DNA of 64,000 bases from positions 78,130 to 142,129 of IMG/VR virus record IMGVR_UViG_3300005676_000020; one strand, 5' to 3'. The notes below the pieces were generated by a model, which saw only the letters and a program-made list of their open reading frames with translations, did no database searches and was not told the DNA's origin. The position numbers and the translations under genes are program-made. The DNA is from a virus. Below, one piece after another: positions 25,648 to 33,814 of the stretch (its first letter is position 1; each line of letters starts with the position of its first letter).

Positions 25648-25892
25648 TGATTAAACAGTCGCTACTTGAACTAGCTACGCCGCTAGATGCTTTTGTGAGG
25701 AATATTGGACCGTGTACGGTCCTGTTCCTTATTCTGGCAACACCTTCTCCCAAGTTTATCGTCCGGGTATCCTGTAAAGGAGATCTCCGGACGGTAGATA
25801 TGGAGGATATCAAAGTTTATGGCGACCCCGCAACCGGTGAAGCCTTAATACCAGAAATTCCGAAAGATTGGATAAAGAATGACCGAGATTGA
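25647..25892 (+). CDS. hypothetical protein
   Basis: ORF track; TAATG coupling. Confidence 0.55.
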   Translation: MIKQSLLELATPLDAFVRNIGPCTVLFLILATPSPKFIVRVSCKGDLRTVDMEDIKVYGDPATGEALIPEIPKDWIKNDRD

Positions 25893-26310
25893 ACAGATAC
25901 GAGAACTCAGCCGATTTTATCAGGTTCCTGTCCGTTTTGTTAAGGAAAAGGAACGGGCTGGTTATTTTGACCTAAGAGGTATGGTAATTTACATTGCCAA
26001 AGACTATCACGATCCTGTATCTGTATTTTTTCATGAACTTGGTCATTTGTATTGTGTGATTAACGGCCTGTGGGGGTTCTATCACAGACCTCTGCGCCGT
26101 AGTAAGAATGGAGTCCTTTTCTGCACTAAATCTCATGCCAGGGCTGTTTTGAGAACCGGCTACAGAGCTGAGAAATGGGTTGATAAATGGGCTAAGGAAG
26201 AAATGAGTATGTGGTTTCCTGACAAACGTTATCCAAACTCCTACAGTCATCCGGCTGCCAGGGTTTGGCTTTACAAAAATCATCTTATCACCTACAGTAA
26301 TTATTTATGA
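25879..26310 (+). CDS. HExxH zinc metallopeptidase-like protein (ImmA/IrrE-like)
   Basis: FFHELGH...AEKWVDKWA. Confidence 0.65.
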   Translation: MTEIEQIRELSRFYQVPVRFVKEKERAGYFDLRGMVIYIAKDYHDPVSVFFHELGHLYCVINGLWGFYHRPLRRSKNGVLFCTKSHARAVLRTGYRAEKWVDKWAKEEMSMWFPDKRYPNSYSHPAARVWLYKNHLITYSNYL

Positions 26311-26630
26311 AAATCGAAAATGTTCTTCCTTATGCAATTGCCGCAATTTTGCCAGTTATCACCTGGTTTATGGGCCGAAAAAAGGAACGTGCCAATCTTG
26401 AGAGTCAGGAGTTAATGAACTTCGAAAAGGCCGTAAGTATCTGGAAAACTCTGGCCAGTGACATGGAGCAAGAAATGTTAAAGTGGAAAAGGATCAGCGA
26501 GCAACTCAAGGAGGAGCTCGAAAAGTTAAAGGGTGAGGTAGAGACCCTTCGCGAAGAGAACACTAAGATGATCCACGAACTAGAACGACTTACAAAACTT
26601 TTAAATAAACGAGCAAAAAATGCTGACTGA
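26307..26630 (+). CDS. holin-like TM plus coiled-coil protein
   Basis: One N-terminal TM and a long coiled coil, directly upstream of the endolysin. Confidence 0.55.
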   Translation: MKIENVLPYAIAAILPVITWFMGRKKERANLESQELMNFEKAVSIWKTLASDMEQEMLKWKRISEQLKEELEKLKGEVETLREENTKMIHELERLTKLLNKRAKNAD

Positions 26631-27084
26631 TCAACAAATAATCGCAAAATACGGTAAACCTGGCGACGAAGACAACTTTGTAGTCATTCCTTTACCCTAT
26701 CCTATGGTTCTGGCCTATCCCCCGTATTCTACAGTTACGAAGATGCGCTGTCATAAACTACTTGCGCCTACATTTACAGCTGTCTTCAACGAAATACTGG
26801 CAGCATACGGTCTGGAGAAGATTAAAGAACTGGACATAGACAAGTTCGCCGGCTGCGTAGCTGTAAGGCTGCAGCGCGGATCAAAGAACAAATGGAGCCG
26901 TCACTCCTGGGGTATCGCCATCGACCTGAGCCCGGCTAAGAACGGTCTGAAGACTAAATGGCCACAATCTCAGTTTGCAAAGCCGGAATATGCAAAGCTG
27001 CATCAGATATTCGAAAAATATGACTTCATCAACTACGGCAAGGTCCGGGGATTCGACGCTATGCACTTCGAAATCAACAAGTAA
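26620..27084 (+). CDS. endolysin, M15-family peptidase
   Basis: SRHSWGIAIDL and DAMHFE motifs. Confidence 0.85.
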   Translation: MLTDQQIIAKYGKPGDEDNFVVIPLPYPMVLAYPPYSTVTKMRCHKLLAPTFTAVFNEILAAYGLEKIKELDIDKFAGCVAVRLQRGSKNKWSRHSWGIAIDLSPAKNGLKTKWPQSQFAKPEYAKLHQIFEKYDFINYGKVRGFDAMHFEINK

Positions 27085-27095
27085 ACCCCCCATAT

Positions 27096-27131
27096 ATGAA
27101 AAAGAAAGGTAAAAAGGGCGGCTGCAAATAA
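27096..27131 (+). CDS. 11-aa basic micropeptide MKKKGKKGGCK
   Basis: Fills the gap between the endolysin stop and the terminator. Confidence 0.4.
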   Translation: MKKKGKKGGCK

Positions 27132-27138
27132 GCTGCCG

Positions 27139-27163
27139 GGTCCGGGAAACCGGACCTTTTTTT
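27139..27163 (+). terminator. intrinsic terminator
   Basis: GGTCCGG-GAAA-CCGGACC followed by a T-run. Confidence 0.85.
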
Positions 27164-27175
27164 GTATATTGTAAT

Positions 27176-27598
27176 ATGAAATATACCGAACGATTCTTTA
27201 AGTTTCCGATAAGGCTATACCTGACAAAGGATGTCCAGGAAAGATATGAGCTGGAAGAAAAGCTCAATATCGAACTGAGCAGTGACGATGACGACCTTGA
27301 CTATGTCATAGGTTGGGAACATGTTGACCCAGACGAGATATTTGGATACGGCTCAGTGTTTTCAAGGAATCTCACTCTTGAAGAGGTAAAAGAAAAGGGG
27401 TTTGACTGCACGATAGTCTACCTGAGAAATGGCAAGGAGATAGCCAGTTCGTGGTCTCCAAAGAAGTTTGCTGAGAAACTTGACTCCTTCTACGAACAAT
27501 ACGAAGACTTCCGCCGCAAGGAAATGCAGGACCGGATAGAAGAGATGGTCGACCCGCCAAAAAGGAAGAATTTCTTCCAGCGCCTGTTCAACTTATAA
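27176..27598 (+). CDS. hypothetical protein
   Basis: ORF track. Confidence 0.65.
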   Translation: MKYTERFFKFPIRLYLTKDVQERYELEEKLNIELSSDDDDLDYVIGWEHVDPDEIFGYGSVFSRNLTLEEVKEKGFDCTIVYLRNGKEIASSWSPKKFAEKLDSFYEQYEDFRRKEMQDRIEEMVDPPKRKNFFQRLFNL

Positions 27599-27655
27599 CT
27601 CTTTAATAGTTAATATTAAATTTGGAAATCTTTAAAGTTTGTCATAGATTATACT

Positions 27656-27874
27656 ATGGCAGACGTAAAAAACAATATAAAAAAGTTACAGCCCGAAGAC
27701 CGGGCTAAGCTTGTAAAGAACCTTGAGCAAAACCTCGAATTACTGAATCTTCAGGCGATGGTCGCCGAGTCCCGGGCCCGTATCAAGAAGGCTAACCTGG
27801 AAGAGATCATCTACGCGGTGAAGATAGAGGAATTGAAGAACCCTCCAAAACCCCAAACTGATGGAAAAAGTTAA
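27656..27874 (+). CDS. hypothetical coiled-coil protein
   Basis: Preceded by TTTG-N20-TAGATTAT. Confidence 0.6.
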   Translation: MADVKNNIKKLQPEDRAKLVKNLEQNLELLNLQAMVAESRARIKKANLEEIIYAVKIEELKNPPKPQTDGKS

Positions 27875-28211
27875 ACTTGTCCAGCAACGGGTGAGGTTTT
27901 CTTCTTTAGATCAGATAGTAAAGCTCCAGTTCATCATCTACTGTTATATAAAGAACATACATCTCACGCCGGGCGACTATAATCTGCTCACGCACATCGC
28001 CATGTACGGCTACGACCGTAAAGGGACACCCGAAGAACTGGTAAAACAGAAGAAATTCTTGCATAAACAGTCAGTTCGCAACAGTCGGAACAAGCTTTTA
28101 AAGCAAGGATTGCTGGTTTTAGTCGATAAAAACCGGTGTACTATCGATCCTGCGCTAAAAATAGAGAGTTTTGGGCCGATTATGATTGATTTTAAAGCTA
28201 TTTCTTCATGA
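27861..28211 (+). CDS. winged-helix-like protein
   Basis: QSVRNSRNKLLKQGLLV pattern. Confidence 0.55.
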   Translation: MEKVKLVQQRVRFSSLDQIVKLQFIIYCYIKNIHLTPGDYNLLTHIAMYGYDRKGTPEELVKQKKFLHKQSVRNSRNKLLKQGLLVLVDKNRCTIDPALKIESFGPIMIDFKAISS

Positions 28212-28618
28212 AAGTGCTAAAAAAGGCGGATTTATTGCCAGAAGTAGCCAAGGAACTCGGAATAGATCCGAAAATTGTCGAGTTAATCGTCAATGCATAC
28301 TGGAAAGAGGTCATAACGGCGGTCAGAGAGCTTAGACACCTCAATATTTTCATAGCGGAGATAGGTGATCTGCGAATAGCCAGGACAAAATTGGACGGTG
28401 TCGAGTCCCGGATGGAAGAATATCTTAAAAAACATCCTCCGGAAAGCCCTCAGCACCAGACAGTGGCCAAAAAACTTGAAGGTATACGGCGTCTAAAGCT
28501 GATTAGGCAGACAGAGTACGACAAAAGGGAAGATGTACGTGAAAAACGAAAAGAGTATGAAAAAACTTCAAAAAATATGGGCGAAGAAGTGGAAGATCCT
28601 GGAAGGGGTCTGGTATAA
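28208..28618 (+). CDS. HU/IHF-like DNA-binding protein
   Basis: KKADLLPEVAKELGI...VELIVNAYW...NIFIAEIGDLRI; typical position in crAss-like genomes. Confidence 0.65.
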   Translation: MKVLKKADLLPEVAKELGIDPKIVELIVNAYWKEVITAVRELRHLNIFIAEIGDLRIARTKLDGVESRMEEYLKKHPPESPQHQTVAKKLEGIRRLKLIRQTEYDKREDVREKRKEYEKTSKNMGEEVEDPGRGLV

Positions 28619-28904
28619 CCACATCGTCTTCACCTTTAATAAGAAGCATTGGGCTTTTAAAAAAGTTGATGAGCGCCGTCAGATATGTGCAGGTTGCCCT
28701 TTTCTTGACGCGGACGGAAGTTCAGAGAATACTGTTATAAAAGGGAAACCCGCCTGCGGTATCTGCGGATGTAATATTAAAGAGTTGACAGCTTGCCTGT
28801 CCTGTAACTGTTCGGCTGACCAGCCTTATTGGACGGCTATCAACATAAAAGATGACTATAAGATAGAAGCGGCTATCGACATAAAAGATAAGCAAAATGG
28901 TTAA
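28557..28904 (+). CDS. Cys-rich hypothetical protein
   Basis: RRQICAGCP...CGICGC...CLSCNC. Confidence 0.6.
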   Translation: MKKLQKIWAKKWKILEGVWYNHIVFTFNKKHWAFKKVDERRQICAGCPFLDADGSSENTVIKGKPACGICGCNIKELTACLSCNCSADQPYWTAINIKDDYKIEAAIDIKDKQNG

Positions 28905-29640
28905 GTTCATAGAAGATACACATCAATACCTTTCTCTGGAGGACCAGAGCCCCTGGGTATCTGTTACTCAGCTCATACACAAGTATGAACCTAAGAAGAA
29001 CTGGGACCAGATAGCGGCCAGGTATGCAAAGAAGCATAACCTGAACGTTGCCGATGTAAAAGCTAAATGGCGCCGGGAAAATGAAATCTCCGTGGAAAGA
29101 GGTGTTAAGTTCCATAAACAGCGCGAACAGGACCTTCTGTCCTGTGAGACTATTGACGAGACCGGCACCGCTCTTAAAATATTCAGGCCGATAATCGACG
29201 AGAAAGGTGACAAAATAGCACCTTCCCAGAAGCTGGAAGACGGTATCTACCCAGAACTGCTGGTCTTATTGAACTCTGCCAGAATCTGTGGTCAGGCTGA
29301 CTACGTGTGGATACACGATAACAAGGTGAATATACGCGACTACAAGACCAATAAAGAGATAAAGAAGAACGCTTTTGTCAACTGGGAAGGTATCGAAGAG
29401 AAGATGGTAGACCCTATAGGGTCAATACCTAACTGTAACTATTGGCACTATGCCCTGCAGCTTAATATTTACGCGTATATTATCCGTAAAAACAACCCTC
29501 GGCTGAAGCTTGGTGACCTGGAACTTCTGCATGTAAAGTTTGACGAGAACGAAGAAGTTTGCGGAATGGACAAGTACCTGCTCCCGGACCTGCAGAGCGA
29601 AGTATTCAAACTGATTACTCATTATAAAAACGCAAGATAA
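28897..29640 (+). CDS. PD-(D/E)XK nuclease
   Basis: SVTQLI, RGVKFH, ICGQAD, IRDYKT, HYALQLNIY. Confidence 0.85.
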   Translation: MVKFIEDTHQYLSLEDQSPWVSVTQLIHKYEPKKNWDQIAARYAKKHNLNVADVKAKWRRENEISVERGVKFHKQREQDLLSCETIDETGTALKIFRPIIDEKGDKIAPSQKLEDGIYPELLVLLNSARICGQADYVWIHDNKVNIRDYKTNKEIKKNAFVNWEGIEEKMVDPIGSIPNCNYWHYALQLNIYAYIIRKNNPRLKLGDLELLHVKFDENEEVCGMDKYLLPDLQSEVFKLITHYKNAR

Positions 29641-29882
29641 TGGACATTTTGTACAATCGAATCTTCTGGTGTGAGATGGTAGACCCCAATGATCCCGATA
29701 ACCGGTTCAGAATATTTGGTGACCGCGAAGGTGACAAGATTTATGTAGAGAAGAACAACAACATAATAGAACTAGATAAGGTGCAACAGGCTCAGCTGGC
29801 ATCTTTTATCATTCAAAAAATAACAAATGACCTTAAGGAACAATCAAAAATCGCAAGAGATGTTAAAACAAACCTACAATGA
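29640..29882 (+). CDS. hypothetical protein
   Basis: ORF track. Confidence 0.55.
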   Translation: MDILYNRIFWCEMVDPNDPDNRFRIFGDREGDKIYVEKNNNIIELDKVQQAQLASFIIQKITNDLKEQSKIARDVKTNLQ

Positions 29883-30075
29883 CGACGAATTCCGGGTAAA
29901 GACCACAGAACTGGGCTTTACAATGACCCTGACGTTTGACCGCTGGGGTGGAATGCGCATTACAAAACAGAATGTAAGTGACTACGGAACGAAAAAATAC
30001 CAGGAAATATACCTGCCACGCGACGCTATGTTCGACCTGGCCAATAAAATAATCAAAAACGAGTGTGGAAAATGA
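29827..30075 (+). CDS. hypothetical protein
   Basis: ORF track. Confidence 0.55.
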   Translation: MTLRNNQKSQEMLKQTYNDDEFRVKTTELGFTMTLTFDRWGGMRITKQNVSDYGTKKYQEIYLPRDAMFDLANKIIKNECGK

Positions 30076-30587
30076 TCCCTCAAATTTTTGACATACAGAA
30101 CGGGCAGCTCATCATAAACGAACACGTTCTGGCAATACCAGAACTTAAAGCTGTCTACGAAGCCTACGAAGACCCTAAACCGGCTCTGTTATTCCTTCGT
30201 CATCTATGTGACCCATATGGTCCATATAACCAGATAGAAGAAGAGATTAAAGAAGAAGCTATCTTCAACGACTTCCCTGGAGACTATTCGCCGGAAGATG
30301 AGGTGATGATGGCCGCCAGAAAGAAGCTGGAAACCTTTTACATGTCAGAAACCTACAAGTTCTACCTTGACAACAAGGTTCTTCTGGAGACGCTTGGTCG
30401 ATTTGCCAGAAGTGCCCAGGTTCAGCAAGGTCGGGATGGTAACTATACACAGATACTTTCACAGCTAAGTAATGTAGGTAAGATGATGGCTTCATTCGAA
30501 TCGTTGAAAGAACAGGCTAAGAAGGAGCTTGAGCGGTCCCGGGTTCGGGGAGGAGCTTTCCAGGCCTATGATCAAAATGAAGAATAA
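30063..30587 (+). CDS. conserved protein upstream of TerL (candidate terminase small subunit)
   Basis: Position, TAATG coupling to terL, and C-terminal RVRGG..AYDQ. Confidence 0.5.
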   Translation: MWKMIPQIFDIQNGQLIINEHVLAIPELKAVYEAYEDPKPALLFLRHLCDPYGPYNQIEEEIKEEAIFNDFPGDYSPEDEVMMAARKKLETFYMSETYKFYLDNKVLLETLGRFARSAQVQQGRDGNYTQILSQLSNVGKMMASFESLKEQAKKELERSRVRGGAFQAYDQNEE

Positions 30588-33500
30588 TGGTCTATAAGTT
30601 CCCAATATCAATCCCTACCTATTCTTCTGAAACTGACAGTTGGTCGTATACTACATTTGACACCTTAGCAGAGTTTCGTGAGTTTGCCGATAAGCTTTTT
30701 AAGGAACCTGGTAAGTACCGGTTCAATGAAACGTCAAGGATGTTTAACGAACAGGCAAGACTGTTCAGACAGAACAAAACTTACTGTTCGGCGCCATTTA
30801 AAAGCAAGGACTTTATAAAATACTGGGATCACGAAAAGGAAAAGTGTACGAAAGGCGCTATTTATACTGACGGCAGAAGGACTTGGTATCTGACCAGGGA
30901 CTATTATATGTGGCTGAACTTTCTGCCTATCTACGATAAGGAGGAAGGTTCTTTTGGCTTTGCAAAAATACGTGACGCACAGTATCATATGGCCCTCTAC
31001 GAACTGAGGGCCGAGTTGCATTTTAAACACTGCCCTATCTTAAAGAAAAGGCAGATTGCCAGTTCCTATTTTCACATGGCCAAATTACTGAATGCTTTCT
31101 GGTTTGAGAACGGAGCTGTCCTTAAAATGGGTGCTTCCCGTGAAGACTATATAAACCTGAAAGGTTCATGGAGATTTCTTACTGAATACCGTGACTTTCT
31201 TAATAAGTATACTGCCTGGTACCGGGCTTGTACTCCCGACAAGGTGCTAAACTGGCAACAGAGGATAGAGGTGACAACACCGGATGGTCGTAAGGCCTAC
31301 CAGGGTAATAAGTCACTATTTACCGGAACCTCTTTTGAAAAAGACCCTTCCGCTGGGGTGGGAGGTCCATGTCTGTTGAAAGGATCTCTTGTTATTATGT
31401 CAGACGGGTCTTACAAACCTGTGGAAGACATAAAGATTGGAGATTTCGTATGTGGAGCAGACGGTTTGCCCAAAAGAGTTCATAAACTGTATAGTGGCGA
31501 ATCACTAATGTACAAAGTTGAGCAAACCCGAGGTATGACTTACTACACTACAGGGAATCATATATTGTATTTATGGGATTCATACAACAACTCTTACAAA
31601 AAGATAAAAACCAAAGATTTTAATCTCTTATCAAAGAACCAAAAAGAGGTTATCCTAAAAGGTAAAAAATTTAAAGGTCTTGAAGGTTTTGAAAAAAATC
31701 TACCGGTAGATCCTTATTACCTGGGTTTGTATTTAGGGGACGGTTGTAAATACGATTTTACGATATTGGTGAATAGGACAAAAGATGTAGAAGTTTGGGA
31801 TTATATTCACAAATTGTCCTCAAGAGAAGGTCATACCTTGAAACTTAAAAACAAAAATTTATATAGAAACGATTACAACGATGATATGTGGGAGCTAAGC
31901 CTTGGTGTAGGTAAGGTCAGGAGACCTGATGTTTTGAAGACAAGTTATGTGTCAAAATTGAGAAAATTAGGATTATCAAATAAGCACATTCCACCGGAAT
32001 ACTTTTCTAGCTCTAGGTCGCAACGTCTCCAGCTTTTGGCCGGGATTCTCGATACTGATGGTTACTGGAACTCTAAAAAATATAGATACGAAATCTCTAT
32101 AAAGGACGATAGGTTGGCGTCAGATATCACAAGACTGTGTGTTCAATTAGGATTAAATACACAAGTGTGCAAGATTACCAATAACGGTGAGAAATCTACA
32201 GTTTATAATAAACCCCATTTCACCAATAGAATACATATCACAGGACCGGTTTTGAACATTCCTTGCAAGATAAACCGGAAAAAACCTACAAAAGAATCTC
32301 CAATAGCGTGTAGGAACACCAGTACTTTGACAGTCTCTGAGGATGAGATAAAAGAGTATTATGGTTTTGAATGTGAAGATAATCTGTTTGTTCTTGAAGA
32401 CGGGACTATTACTCATAATTGTACCTATTTCTTTCATGAAGAAGGTGGTATTGCGCCAAAAGCAGATAAGACATTCTTCTTTATGAAGCCGGCAATGCAA
32501 TCCGGTATGATAACGACAGGTGTGTTCATCATAGCAGGTTCTGTGGGTGAACTTGATAAATGTGAACCACTTAAAGAGATGATAATGCGTCCAGGTTCTG
32601 ACTTTATGTCAGTTACCCATAATATGATGGACGAGAACTGGACAGAAGGGACGACAGGACTGTTTATACCGGAACAGTGGAGTATGCCACCGTATATTGA
32701 CGAGTTCGGCAACTCGCTCGTAGAAGAAGCTCTTCAGGCAATATTTGAACAGAGAAAGATATGGAAGAAAGAATATAGCCCTGAGAAGTATCAGTATGAG
32801 GTGTCCCAGCACCCGATAAACATTAAAGAAGCGTTTGACTTCCGGACAGAGTCTGTATTTCCTATTCACCTGGTTCAAAAACAAATAGCGGCAATAGATA
32901 ACAAGGAAATCTTTCTTGAATACCTTGACATCTACCGTGACGAGCACGGTATGCCGAAGTTCAAGGAAAGTCGCAGACAACCTCTGTCGTTTCCTGTAGA
33001 TAAGAAACTTGAAGATAAAAGAGGTTGTATTATAGTTCATGAAAGACCGCCTGAAAATCCTGAGTGGGGTCTTTTCTATGCTTCTATTGACCCGGTAGGA
33101 GAAGGAAAAACAACTACCAGCGAATCTCTTTTCTGCATACAAATATACAAAGCTCCATTACAGAAGACGGTAGTTTCTTCAGAAGGTACAAAGTCTATCA
33201 TAGAAGGAGATAAGTTAGTAGCCAGCTGGACAGGAAGGTTCGATGATATCAACGACACCCATGAAACAGCGCTGCTTTTATTAGAAATATACAACGCCTG
33301 GGCACTGGTCGAATCGAACGTATCTCTGTTTATCCAGTATATGATTCTGAAAAACAAGCAGAAATACCTTGTGCCAAGAGACAGGATTGTCTTCTTACAG
33401 GAGATGAAGTCTAATCAAACGGTATACAGCCCGTATGGCTGGAAGAATACCGGAACCATATTTACAAACCACCTGCTTTCTTATTCTGTAGAATTCTGTA

Positions 33501-33814
33501 AAGAAGTCATAAACCAGGACTTCCTGCCAGACGGTTCAGCTATAAAAACCTACTACGGCGTAGAAAGGATTCATGACAGGTGGCTACTGGAAGAAATGTT
33601 GAAATATAGAGAAGGGGTGAACGTTGACCGGCTTGTAGCCTTCTCTGCCCTAGTGGCATTCAGGACACTGCTCCTGGCAAACCAGGGTTATAAGAAGACC
33701 ATTGAATATAAGGAAAATTTCAAAGAGTCCAAAAAAATGTATAACTTATCTACGTCCCCGTTCACTAATGTAGGTAAGCGCCGGGCTCGTAACCCCTTTA
33801 AAAACATCAGATAA
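30587..33814 (+). CDS. terL: terminase large subunit (intein-containing)
   Basis: crAss-type Walker A LKKRQIASSY, Walker B FFHEEGG, nuclease ASIDPV...ESN...NVDRLVA. Confidence 0.9.
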   Translation: MVYKFPISIPTYSSETDSWSYTTFDTLAEFREFADKLFKEPGKYRFNETSRMFNEQARLFRQNKTYCSAPFKSKDFIKYWDHEKEKCTKGAIYTDGRRTWYLTRDYYMWLNFLPIYDKEEGSFGFAKIRDAQYHMALYELRAELHFKHCPILKKRQIASSYFHMAKLLNAFWFENGAVLKMGASREDYINLKGSWRFLTEYRDFLNKYTAWYRACTPDKVLNWQQRIEVTTPDGRKAYQGNKSLFTGTSFEKDPSAGVGGPCLLKGSLVIMSDGSYKPVEDIKIGDFVCGADGLPKRVHKLYSGESLMYKVEQTRGMTYYTTGNHILYLWDSYNNSYKKIKTKDFNLLSKNQKEVILKGKKFKGLEGFEKNLPVDPYYLGLYLGDGCKYDFTILVNRTKDVEVWDYIHKLSSREGHTLKLKNKNLYRNDYNDDMWELSLGVGKVRRPDVLKTSYVSKLRKLGLSNKHIPPEYFSSSRSQRLQLLAGILDTDGYWNSKKYRYEISIKDDRLASDITRLCVQLGLNTQVCKITNNGEKSTVYNKPHFTNRIHITGPVLNIPCKINRKKPTKESPIACRNTSTLTVSEDEIKEYYGFECEDNLFVLEDGTITHNCTYFFHEEGGIAPKADKTFFFMKPAMQSGMITTGVFIIAGSVGELDKCEPLKEMIMRPGSDFMSVTHNMMDENWTEGTTGLFIPEQWSMPPYIDEFGNSLVEEALQAIFEQRKIWKKEYSPEKYQYEVSQHPINIKEAFDFRTESVFPIHLVQKQIAAIDNKEIFLEYLDIYRDEHGMPKFKESRRQPLSFPVDKKLEDKRGCIIVHERPPENPEWGLFYASIDPVGEGKTTTSESLFCIQIYKAPLQKTVVSSEGTKSIIEGDKLVASWTGRFDDINDTHETALLLLEIYNAWALVESNVSLFIQYMILKNKQKYLVPRDRIVFLQEMKSNQTVYSPYGWKNTGTIFTNHLLSYSVEFCKEVINQDFLPDGSAIKTYYGVERIHDRWLLEEMLKYREGVNVDRLVAFSALVAFRTLLLANQGYKKTIEYKENFKESKKMYNLSTSPFTNVGKRRARNPFKNIR
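31370..32419 (+). mobile_element. intein with LAGLIDADG homing endonuclease (350 aa)
   Basis: Starts CLLKGSLVIMSDG, block B TGNH, LGLYLGDG and LAGILDTDG, ends THN before a Cys extein residue. Confidence 0.92.
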
